A DNA stretch of 64,000 nucleotides from the NCBI RefSeq assembly GCF_009914755.1, contig NC_060947.1; one strand, 5' to 3'. The translations under genes were made by a program, and so were the position numbers. Shown one piece after another: positions 39,901 to 51,400 of this stretch (positions within the stretch are counted from its first letter, which is position 1; each line of letters begins with the position of its first letter). Origin of the DNA: the human T2T-CHM13v2.0 reference genome, Homo sapiens. Under the pieces are notes generated by a model. That model did no database searches, was not told the origin of the DNA, and worked only from the letters and a program-made list of their open reading frames with translations.

Positions 39901-41370
39901 CTGTGAGTTGAATGCAGTCATCGCAGAAAACTTTCTGAGAATGCTTCTGTCTAGGTTTGATGTGAAGATATAGACGTTTCAAACGAAGGCTACAAAGTGG
40001 TCAAAATATACACTTGCAGATTCTACTACAAGGGTGTTGCAAACCTGAACTATCAAAGGAAGGTTCAACTCTGTGAGTTGAATACAAACATCACAAAGAA
40101 TGTTCTGAGTTTGCTTCCGTTCAGTTATGGGAAGTTGATCCCGTTTCCAACGAAATCCTCAGAGAGGTCCAAATATCCCCTCGCAGATTCTACAAAACGT
40201 GTGTTTGGAAACTGCTCCATCATAACGAATGTTCAGCTCCCTGAGTTAAACTCCATCGTCACAAAGAATTTTCTGAGAGTGCTACCGTCTGGTTTTTATA
40301 TGAAGTTCTTTCCTTCACTACCACAGGCCTCAAAGCGGTCCAAATCTCCACTTGCAGATTCTACAAAAAGAGTGTTTGCAAACTGCTCTATCAAAAGGAA
40401 TGTTCAACTCTGGGAGTTGAATGCAATCATCACAGAGCAGTTTCTGAGAATGCTTCTATGTCGTTTTTAGGAGAAGATATTTCCTTTTCCAACACAGTCC
40501 TCCAAGCCCGCTAAATAGCCACTTGCACATTGTAGAAAAAGTGTGTCAAAGCTGCGCTATCAAAGGGAAAGTTCAACTCTGTGAGGTGAATGCAAACATC
40601 CCAAAGAAGTTTCTGAGAATGCTTCCGTTTAGCTTTTAGGGGAAGATTATCCCGTTTCCAACGAAACCTTCAAAGAGGTCCAAATATCCCCTTGCGGATC
40701 CCACAGAAAGAGTGTTTCGAAACTGCTGTTTCAAAAGGAATCTTCAACTCTGTGAGTTGAATGCAATCATCACAAAGAAGTTTCTGACAATGCTTCTCTC
40801 TCGTCTTTCTGTGAAGATAAAGGAAAAGGCTTTCAGGCCTTTTCCACCACAGGCCTGAAAGCGCTCCAAATGTCCACTTGCAGATTCTGCGAAAAGAATA
40901 TTTCAAAACTGCTCTATGAAAAGCAATGTTAAACTCTGTGGCTCGAACACAAACATCACAAAGCGGTTTCTGAGAATGCTTCAGTTTAGTTTTTCTGTGG
41001 AAATATTCCCGTTTCCAAAGAAATCTTCAAAGAGGTCCACGTATCCACTTACAGATTCTACAAAAAGACAGTTTCAAAACTGCTCCATCAAAAGGAGGGT
41101 TCAACCGTGTGACTTGAATGCAATCATCACTCAGAAGTTTCTGAGAATGCTTCTCTTTAGTTTTTACGTGAACATATACCCGTTTCGAACGAAGGCCACC
41201 CAGTGGTCCAAATATCCACTTGCAGATTCTACAGAAAGAGTGTTTCGAACCTGAACTCTCAAAGGCAGGTTCATCTCTGCGAGTTAAATGCATTCATCAT
41301 GAAGAACTTTCTCAGAGTGTTTGTGTTTAGTTATGGGAAATTATTCCCGTTTCCAACGAAATCCTCAGAG
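12966..41370. repeat. 5-HOR (10,285-bp) tandem super-repeat A-B-C-D-E, about 2.8 copies
   Basis: Diagnostic SNVs recur at +10,285, for example aaggatt at 13659/23944/34229. The variant ORFs recur at 14837/25122/35407, 16894/27179/37464 and 18576/28861/39146. End points are approximate, bounded by the nearest informative SNVs. Confidence 0.9.
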
Positions 41371-44300
41371 ACCTCCAAATATCCACCTGCAGATTCTACC
41401 AAAAGTGTATTTGGAAACTGCTCCATCAAAAGGCATGTTCAGCTCTGTGAGTGAAACTCCATCATCACAAAGAATATTCTGAGAATGCTTCCGTTTGCCT
41501 TTTATATGAAGTTCCTTCCTGTACTACCGTAGGCCTCAAAGCAGTCCAAATCTCCATTTGCAGATTCTACAAAAAGAGTGATTCCAATCTGCTCTATCAA
41601 AAGGATTGTTCAACTCCATGAGTTGAATGCCATCCTCACAAAGCAGTTTCTGAGAATGCTTCTATCTGGTTTTTGTGTGAAGATATTTCCTTTTCCACCA
41701 CAGGCCTCAAAGCCCTCCAAACGTCCACTTGCAGATTCTCGAAAAAGAGTGTTTCATAGCTGCTCTTTCAAAAGGAAAGTTCAACTCTGGGAGTTGAATA
41801 CAAACATCACAAAATAGTTTCCGAGAATGCTTCTGTTTAGTTTCTATGTGAAGATGATCCCGTTTCCAGTGAAATCTTCAAAGAGGTCCACATATCCCCT
41901 TGCAGATTCCAAAGAAAGAGGGTTTCAAAACTGCTCCATCAGAAGGATTGTTCAACTCTGTGAGTTGAATGCAGTCATCGCAGAAAACTTTCTGAGAATG
42001 CTTCTGTCTAGGTTTGATGTGAAGATATAGACGTTTCAAACGAAGGCTACAAAGTGGTCAAAATATACACTTGCAGATTCTACTACAAGGGTGTTGCAAA
42101 CCTGAACTATCAAAGGAAGGTTCAACTCTGTGAGTTGAATACAAACATCACAAAGAATGTTCTGAGTTTGCTTCCGTTCAGTTATGGGAAGTTGATCCCG
42201 TTTCCAACGAAATCCTCAGAGAGGTCCAAATATCCCCTCACAGATTCTACAAAACGTGTGTTTGGAAACTGCTCCATCATAACGAATGTTCAGCTCCCTG
42301 AGTTAAACTCCATCGTCACAAAGAATTTTCTGAGAGTGCTACCGTCTGGTTTTTATATGAAGTTCTTTCCTTCACTACCACAGGCCTCAAAGCGGTCCAA
42401 ATCTCCACTTGCAGATTCTACAAAAAGAGTGTTTGCAAACTGCTCTATCAAAAGGAATGTTCAACTCTGGGAGTTGAATGCAATCATCACAGAGCAGTTT
42501 CTGAGAATGCTTCTATGTCGTTTTTAGGAGAAGATATTTCCTTTTCCAACACAGTCCTCCAAGCCCGCTAAATAGCCACTTGCACATTGTAGAAAAAGTG
42601 TGTCGAAGCTGCGCTATCAAAGGGAAAGTTCAACTCTGTGAGGTGAATGCAAACATCCCAAAGAAGTTTCTGAGAATGCTTCCGTTTAGCTTTTAGGTGA
42701 AGATTATCCCGTTTCCAACGAAACCTTCAAAGAGGTCCAAATATCCCCTTGCGGATCCCACAGAAAGAGTGTTTCGAAACTGCTGTTTCAAAAGGAATCT
42801 TCAACTCTGTGAGTTGAATGCAATCATCACAAAGAAGTTTCTGACAATGCTTCTCTCTCGTCTTTCTGTGAAGATAAAGGAAAAGGCTTTCAGGCCTTTT
42901 CCACCACAGGCCTGAAAGCGCTCCAAATGTCCACTTGCAGATTCTGCGAAAAGAATATTTCAAAACTGCTCTATGAAAAGCAATGTTAAACTCTGTGGCT
43001 CGAACACAAACATCACAAAGCGGTTTCTGAGAATGCTTCAGTTTAGTTTTTCTGTGGAAATATTCCCGTTTCCAAAGAAATCTTCAAAGAGGTCCACGTA
43101 TCCACTTACAGATTCTACAAAAAGACAGTTTCAAAACTGCTCCATCAAAAGGAGGGTTCAACTGTGTGACTTGAATGCAATCATCACTCAGAAGTTTCTG
43201 AGAATGCTTCTCTTTAGTTTTTACGTGAACATATACCCGTTTCGAACGAAGGCCACCCAGTGGTCCAAATATCCACTTGCAGATTATACAGAAAGAGTGT
43301 TTCGAACCTGAACTCTCAAAGGCAGGTTCATCTCTGCGAGTTAAATGCATTCATCATGAAGAACTTTCTCAGAGTGTTTGTGTTTAGTTATGGGAAATTA
43401 TTCCCGTTTCCAACGAAATCCTCAGAGAGCTCCAAATATCCACCTGCAGATTCTACCAAAAGTGTATTTGGAAACTGCTCCATCAAAAGGCATGTTCAGC
43501 TCTGTGAGTGAAACTCCATCATCACAAAGAATATTCTGAGAATGCTTCCGTTTGCCTTTTATCTGAAGTTCCTTCCTATACGACCGTAGGCCTCAAAGCA
43601 GTCCAAATCTCCATTTGCAGATTCTACAAAAAGAGTGATTCCAATCTGCTCTATCAATAGGATTGTTCAACTCCATGAGTTGAATGCCATCCTCACAAAG
43701 TCGTTTCTGAGAATGCTTCTATCTGGTTTTTGTGTGAAGATATTTCCTTTTCCACCACAGGCCTCAAAGCCCTCCAAACGTCCACTTGCAGATTCTCGAA
43801 AAAGAGTGTTTCATAGCTGCTCTTTCAAAAGGAAAGTTCAACTCTGGGAGTTGAATACAAACATCACAAAGTAGTTTCCGAGAATGCTTCTGTTTAGTTT
43901 TTATGTGAAGATGATCCCGTTTCCAGTGAAATCTTCAAAGAGGTCCACATATCCCCTTGCAGATTCCAAAGAAAGAGGGTTTCAAAACTGCTCCATCAGA
44001 AGGATTGTTCAACTCTGTGAGTTGAATGCAGTCATCGCAGAAAACTTTCTGAGAATGCTTCTGTCTAGGTTTGATGTGAAGATATAGACGTTTCAAACGA
44101 AGGCTACAAAGTGGTCAAAATATACACTTGCAGATTCTACTACAAGGGTGTTGCAAACCTGAACTATCAAAGGAAGGTTCAACTCTGTGAGTTGAATACA
44201 AACATCACAAAGAATGTTCTGAGTTTGCTTCCGTTCAGTTATGGGAAGTTGATCCCGTTTCCAACGAAATCCTCAGAGAGGTCCAAATATCCCCTTGCAG

Positions 44301-47300
44301 ATTCTACAAAACGTGTGTTTGGAAACTGCTCCATCATAACGAATGTTCAGCTCCCTGAGTTAAACTCCATCGTCACAAAGAATTTTCTGAGAGTGCTACC
44401 GTCTGGTTTTTATATGAAGTTCTTTCCTTCACTACCACAGGCCTCAAAGCGGTCCAAATCTCCACTTGCAGATTCTACAAAAAGAGTGTTTGCAAACTGC
44501 TCTATCAAAAGGAATGTTCAACTCTGGGAGTTGAATGCAATCATCACAGAGCAGTTTCTGAGAATGCTTCTATGTCGTTTTTAGGAGAAGATATTTCCTT
44601 TTCCAACACAGTCCTCCAAGCCCGCTAAATAGCCACTTGCACGTTGTAGAAAAAGTGTGTCAAAGCTGCGCTATCAAAGGGAAAGTTCAACTCTGTGAGG
44701 TGAATGCAAACATCCCAAAGAAGTTTCTGAGAATGCTTCCGTTTAGCTTTTAGGTGAAGATTATCCCGTTTCCAACGAAACCTTCAAAGAGGTCCAAATA
44801 TCCCCTTGCGGATCCCACAGAAAGAGTGTTTCGAAACTGCTGTTTCAAAAGGAATCTTCAACTCTGTGAGTTGAATGCAATCATCACAAAGAAGTTTCTG
44901 ACAATGCTTCTCTCTCGTCTTTCTGTGAAGATAAAGGAAAAGGCTTTCAGGCCTTTGCCACCACAGGCCTGAAAGCGCTCCAAATGTCCACTTGCAGATT
45001 CTGCGAAAAGAATATTTCAAAACTGCTCTATGAAAAGCAATGTTAAACTCTGTGGCTCGAACACAAACATCACAAAGCGGTTTCTGAGAATGCTTCAGTT
45101 TAGTTTTTCTGTGGAAATATTCCCGTTTCCAAAGAAATCTTCAAAGAGGTCCACGTATCCACTTACAGATTCTACAAAAAGACAGTTTCAAAACTGCTCC
45201 ATCAAAAGGAGGGTTCAACTGTGTGACTTGAATGCAATCATCACTCAGAAGTTTCTGAGAATGCTTCTCTTTAGTTTTTACGTGAACATATACCCGTTTC
45301 GAACGAAGGCCACCCAGTGGTCCAAATATCCACTTGCAGATTATACAGAAAGAGTGTTTCGAACCTGAACTCTCAAAGGCAGGTTCATCTCTGCGAGTTA
45401 AATGCATTCATCATGAAGAACTTTCTCAGCGTGTTTGTGTTTAGTTATGGGAAATTATTCCCGTTTCCAACGAAATCCTCAGAGAGCTCCAAATATCCAC
45501 CTGCAGATTCTACCAAAAGTGTATTTGGAAACTGCTCCATCAAAAGGCATGTTCAGCTCTGTGAGTGAAACTCCATCATCACAATGAATATTCTGAGAAT
45601 GCTTCCGTTTGCCTTTTATATGAAGTTCCTTCCTGTACTACCGTAGGCCTCAAAGCAGTCGAAATCTCCATTTGCAGATTCTATAAAAAGAGTGATTCCA
45701 ATCTGCTCTATCAATAGGATTGTTCAACTCCATGAGTTGAATGCCATCCTCACAAAGTAGTTTCTGAGAATGCTTCTATCTGGTTTTTGTGTGAAGATAT
45801 TTCCTTTTCCACCACAGGCCTCAAAGCCCTCCAAACGTCCACTTGCAGATTCTCGAAAAAGAGTGTTTTATAGCTGCTCTTTCAAAAGGAAAGTTCAACT
45901 CTGGGAGTTGAATACAAACATCACAAAGTAGTTTCCGAGAATGCTTCTGTTTAGTTTTTATGTGAAGATGATCCCGTTTCCAGTGAAATCTTCAAAGAGG
46001 TCCACATATCCCCTTGCAGATTCCAAAGAAAGAGGGTTTCAAAACTGCTCCATCAGAAGGATTGTTCAACTCTGTGAGTTGAATGCAGTCATCGCAGAAA
46101 ACTTTCTGAGAATGCTTCTGTCTAGGTTTGATGTGAAGATATAGACGTTTCAAACGAAGGCTACAAAGTGGTCAAAATATACACTTGCAGATTCTACTAC
46201 AAGGGTGTTGCAAACCTGAACTATCAAAGGAAGGTTCAACTCTGTGAGTTGAATACAAACATCACAAAGAATGTTCTGAGTTTGCTTCCGTTCAGTTATG
46301 GGAAGTTGATCCCGTTTCCAACGAAATCCTCAGAGAGGTCCAAATATCCCCTCGCAGATTCTACAAAACGTGTGTTTGGAAACTGCTCCATCATAACGAA
46401 TGTTCAGCTCCCTGAGTTAAACTCCATCGTCACAAAGAATTTTCTGAGAGTGCTACCGTCTGGTTTTTATATGAAGTTCTTTCCTTCACTACCACAGGCC
46501 TCAAAGCGGTCCAAATCTCCACTTGCAGATTCTACAAAAAGAGTGTTTGCAAACTGCTCTATCAAAAGGAATGTTCAACTCTGGGAGTTGAATGCAATCA
46601 TCACAGAGCAGTTTCTGAGAATGCTTCTATGTCGTTTTTAGGAGAAGATATTTCCTTTTCCAACACAGTCCTCCAAGCCCGCTAAATAGCCACTTGCACA
46701 TTGTAGAAAAAGTGTGTCAAAGCTGCGCTATCAAAGGGAAAGTTCAACTCTGTGAGGTGAATGCAAACATCCCAAAGAAGTTTCTGAGAATGCTTCCGTT
46801 TAGCTTTTAGGGGAAGATTATCCCGTTTCCAACGAAACCTTCAAAGAGGTCCAAATATCCCCTTGCGGATCCCACAGAAAGAGTGTTTCGAAACTGCTGT
46901 TTCAAAAGGAATCTTCAACTCTGTGAGTTGAATGCAATCATCACAAAGAAGTTTCTGACAATGCTTCTCTCTCGTCTTTCTGTGAAGATAAAGGAAAAGG
47001 CTTTCAGGCCTTTTCCACCACAGGCCTGAAAGCGCTCCAAATGTCCACTTGCAGATTCTGCGAAAAGAATATTTCAAAACTGCTCTATGAAAAGCAATGT
47101 TAAACTCTGTGGCTCGAACACAAACATCACAAAGCGGTTTCTGAGAATGCTTCAGTTTAGTTTTTCTGTGGAAATATTCCCGTTTCCAAAGAAATCTTCA
47201 AAGAGGTCCACGTATCCACTTACAGATTCTACAAAAAGACAGTTTCAAAACTGCTCCATCAAAAGGAGGGTTCAACCGTGTGACTTGAATGCAATCATCA

Positions 47301-47400
47301 CTCAGAAGTTTCTGAGAATGCTTCTCTTTAGTTTTTACGTGAACATATACCCGTTTCGAACGAAGGCCACCCAGTGGTCCAAATATCCACTTGCAGATTC
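35173..47400. repeat. 3-HOR (6,171-bp) tandem super-repeat B-C-D, two copies plus the start of a third B
   Basis: B-type ORF at 35407/41578/47749, C-type at 37464/43635 and D-type at 39146/45317. Confidence 0.85.
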
Positions 47401-48409
47401 TACAGAAAGAGTGTTTCGAACCTGAACTCTCAAAGGCAGGTTCATCTCTGCGAGTTAAATGCATTCATCATGAAGAACTTTCTCAGAGTGTTTGTGTTTA
47501 GTTATGGGAAATTCTTCCCGTTTCCAACGAAATCCTCAGAGAGCTCCAAATATCCACCTGCAGATTCTACCAAAAGTGTATTTGGAAACTGCTCCATCAA
47601 AAGGCATGTTCAGCTCTGTGAGTGAAACTCCATCATCACAAAGAATATTCTGAGAATGCTTCCGTTTGCCTTTTATATGAAGTTCCTTCCTGTACTACCG
47701 TAGGCCTCAAAGCAGTCCAAATCTCCATTTGCAGATTCTACAAAAAGAGTGATTCCAATCTGCTCTATCAAAAGGATTGTTCAACTCCATGAGTTGAATG
47801 CCATCCTCACAAAGCAGTTTCTGAGAATGCTTCTATCTGGTTTTTGTGTGAAGATATTTCCTTTTCCACCACAGGCCTCAAAGCCCTCCAAACGTCCACT
47901 TGCAGATTCTCGAAAAAGAGTGTTTCATAGCTGCTCTTTCAAAAGGAAAGTTCAACTCTGGGAGTTGAATACAAACATCACAAAATAGTTTCCGAGAATG
48001 CTTCTGTTTAGTTTCTATGTGAAGATGATCCCGTTTCCAGTGAAATCTTCAAAGAGGTCCACATATCCCCTTGCAGATTCCAAAGAAAGAGGGTTTCAAA
48101 ACTGCTCCATCAGAAGGATTGTTCAACTCTGTGAGTTGAATGCAGTCATCGCAGAAAACTTTCTGAGAATGCTTCTGTCTAGGTTTGATGTGAAGATATA
48201 GACGTTTCAAACGAAGGCTACAAAGTGGTCAAAATATACACTTGCAGATTCTACTACAAGGGTGTTGCAAACCTGAACTATCAAAGGAAGGTTCAACTCT
48301 GTGAGTTGAATACAAACATCACAAAGAATGTTCTGAGTTTGCTTCCGTTCAGTTATGGGAAGTTGATCCCGTTTCCAACGAAATCCTCAGAGAGGTCCAA
48401 ATATCCCCT

Positions 48410-51400
48410 TGCAGATTCTACAAAACGTGTGTTTGGAAACTGCTCCATCATAACGAATGTTCAGCTCCCTGAGTTAAACTCCATCGTCACAAAGAATTTT
48501 CTGAGAGTGCTACCGTCTGGTTTTTATATGAAGTTCTTTCCTTCACTACCACAGGCCTCAAAGCGGTCCAAATCTCCACTTGCAGATTCTACAAAAAGAG
48601 TGTTTGCAAACTGCTCTATCAAAAGGAATGTTCAACTCTGGGAGTTGAATGCAATCATCACAGAGCAGTTTCTGAGAATGCTTCTATGTCGTTTTTAGGA
48701 GAAGATATTTCCTTTTCCAACACAGTCCTCCAAGCCCGCTAAATAGCCACTTGCACATTGTAGAAAAAGTGTGTCGAAGCTGCGCTATCAAAGGGAAAGT
48801 TCAACTCTGTGAGGTCAATGCAAACATCCCAAAGAAGTTTCTGAGAATGCTTCCGTTTAGCTTTTAGGTGAAGATTATCCCGTTTCCAACGAAACCTTCA
48901 AAGAGGTCCAAATATCCCCTTGCGGATCCCACAGAAAGAGTGTTTCGAAACTGCTGTTTCAAAAGGAATCTTCAACTCTGTGAGTTGAATGCAATCATCA
49001 CAAAGAAGTTTCTGACAATGCTTCTCTCTCGTCTTTCTGTGAAGATAAAGGAAAAGGCTTTCAGGCCTTTGCCACCACAGGCCTGAAAGCGCTCCAAATG
49101 TCCACTTGCAGATTCTGCGAAAAGAATATTTCAAAACTGCTCTATGAAAAGCAATGTTAAACTCTGTGGCTCGAACACAAACATCACAAAGCGGTTTCTG
49201 AGAATGCTTCAGTTTAGTTTTTCTGTGGAAATATTCCCGTTTCCAAAGAAATCTTCAAAGAGGTCCACGTATCCACTTACAGATTCTACAAAAAGACAGT
49301 TTCAAAACTGCTCCATCAAAAGGAGGGTTCAACTGTGTGACTTGAATGCAATCATCACTCAGAAGTTTCTGAGAATGCTTCTCTTTAGTTTTTACGTGAA
49401 CATATACCCGTTTCGAACGAAGGCCACCCAGTGGTCCAAATATCCACTTGCAGATTCTACAGAAAGAGTGTTTCGAACCTGAACTCTCAAAGGCAGGTTC
49501 ATCTCTGCGAGTTAAATGCATTCATCATGAAGAACTTTCTCAGAGTGTTTGTGTTTAGTTATGGGAAATTATTCCCGTTTCCAACGAAATCCTCAGAGAG
49601 CTCCAAATATCCACCTGCAGATTCTACCAAAAGTGTATTTGGAAACTGCTCCATCAAAAGGCATGTTCAGCTCTGTGAGTGAAACTCCATCATCACAAAG
49701 AATATTCTGAGAATGCTTCCGTTTGCCTTTTATATGAAGTTCCTTCCTGTACTACCGTAGGCCTCAAAGCAGTCCAAATCTCCATTTGCAGATTCTATAA
49801 AAAGAGTGATTCCAATCTGCTCTATCAATAGGATTGTTCAACTCCATGAGTTGAATGCCATCCTCACAAAGTAGTTTCTGAGAATGCTTCTATCTGGTTT
49901 TTGTGTGAAGATATTTCCTTTTCCACCACAGGCCTCAAAGCCCTCCAAACGTCCACTTGCAGATTCTCGAAAAAGAGTGTTTCATAGCTGCTCTTTCAAA
50001 AGGAAAGTTCAACTCTAGGAGTTGAATACAAACATCACAAAGTAGTTTCCGAGAATGCTTCTGTTTAGTTTTTATGTGAGGATGATCCCGTTTCCAGTGA
50101 AATCTTCAAAGAGGTCCACATATCCCCTTGCAGATTCCAAAGAAAGAGGGTTTCAAAACTGCTCCATCAGAAGGATTGTTCAACTCTGTGAGTTGAATGC
50201 AGTCATCGCAGAAAACTTTCTGAGAATGCTTCTGTCTAGGTTTGATGTGAAGATATAGACGTTTCAAACGAAGGCTACAAAGTGGTCAAAATATACACTT
50301 GCAGATTCTACTACAAGGGTGTTGCAAACCTGAACTATCAAAGGAAGGTTCAACTCTGTGAGTTGAATACAAACATCACAAAGAATGTTCTGAGTTTGCT
50401 TCCGTTCAGTTATGGGAAGTTGATCCCGTTTCCAACGAAATCCTCAGAGAGGTCCAAATATCCCCTTGCAGATTCTACAAAACGTGTGTTTGGAAACTGC
50501 TCCATCATAACGAATGTTCAGCTCCCTGAGTTAAACTCCATCGTCACAAAGAATTTTCTGAGAGTGCTACCGTCTGGTTTTTATATGAAGTTCTTTCCTT
50601 CACTACCACAGGCCTCAAAGCGGTCCAAATCTCCACTTGCAGATTCTACAAAAAGAGTGTTTGCAAACTGCTCTATCAAAAGGAATGTTCAACTCTGGGA
50701 GTTGAATGCAATCATCACAGAGCAGTTTCTGAGAATGCTTCTATGTCGTTTTTAGGAGAAGATATTTCCTTTTCCAACACAGTCCTCCAAGCCCGCTAAA
50801 TAGCCACTTGCACATTGTAGAAAAAGTGTGTCAAAGCTGCGCTATCAAAGGGAAAGTTCAACTCTGTGAGGTGAATGCAAACATCCCAAAGAAGTTTCTG
50901 AGAATGCTTCCGTTTAGCTTTTAGGTGAAGATTATCCCGTTTCCAACGAAACCTTCAAAGAGGTCCAAATATCCCCTTGCGGATCCCACAGAAAGAGTGT
51001 TTCGAAACTGCTGTTTCAAAAGGAATCTTCAACTCTGTGAGTTGAATGCAATCATCACAAAGAAGTTTCTGACAATGCTTCTCTCTCGTCTTTCTGTGAA
51101 GATAAAGGAAAAGGCTTTCAGGCCTTTGCCACCACAGGCCTGAAAGCGCTCCAAATGTCCACTTGCAGATTCTGCCAAAAGAATATTTCAAAACTGCTCT
51201 ATGAAAAGCAATGTTAAACTCTGTGGCTCGAACACAAACATCACAAAGCGGTTTCTGAGAATGCTTCAGTTTAGTTTTTCTGTGGAAATATTCCCGTTTC
51301 CAAAGAAATCTTCAAAGAGGTCCACGTATCCACTTACAGATTCTACAAAAAGACAGTTTCAAAACTGCTCCATCAAAAGGAGGGTTCAACCGTGTGACTT

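Noticed and set aside
12966-41370. Super-repeat as a pure assembly artefact
   Set aside because: It cannot be fully excluded without reads. However, distinct junction haplotypes and copy-specific SNVs (37258, 41372, 48816, 51778, 55767, 61461) argue for real duplications.
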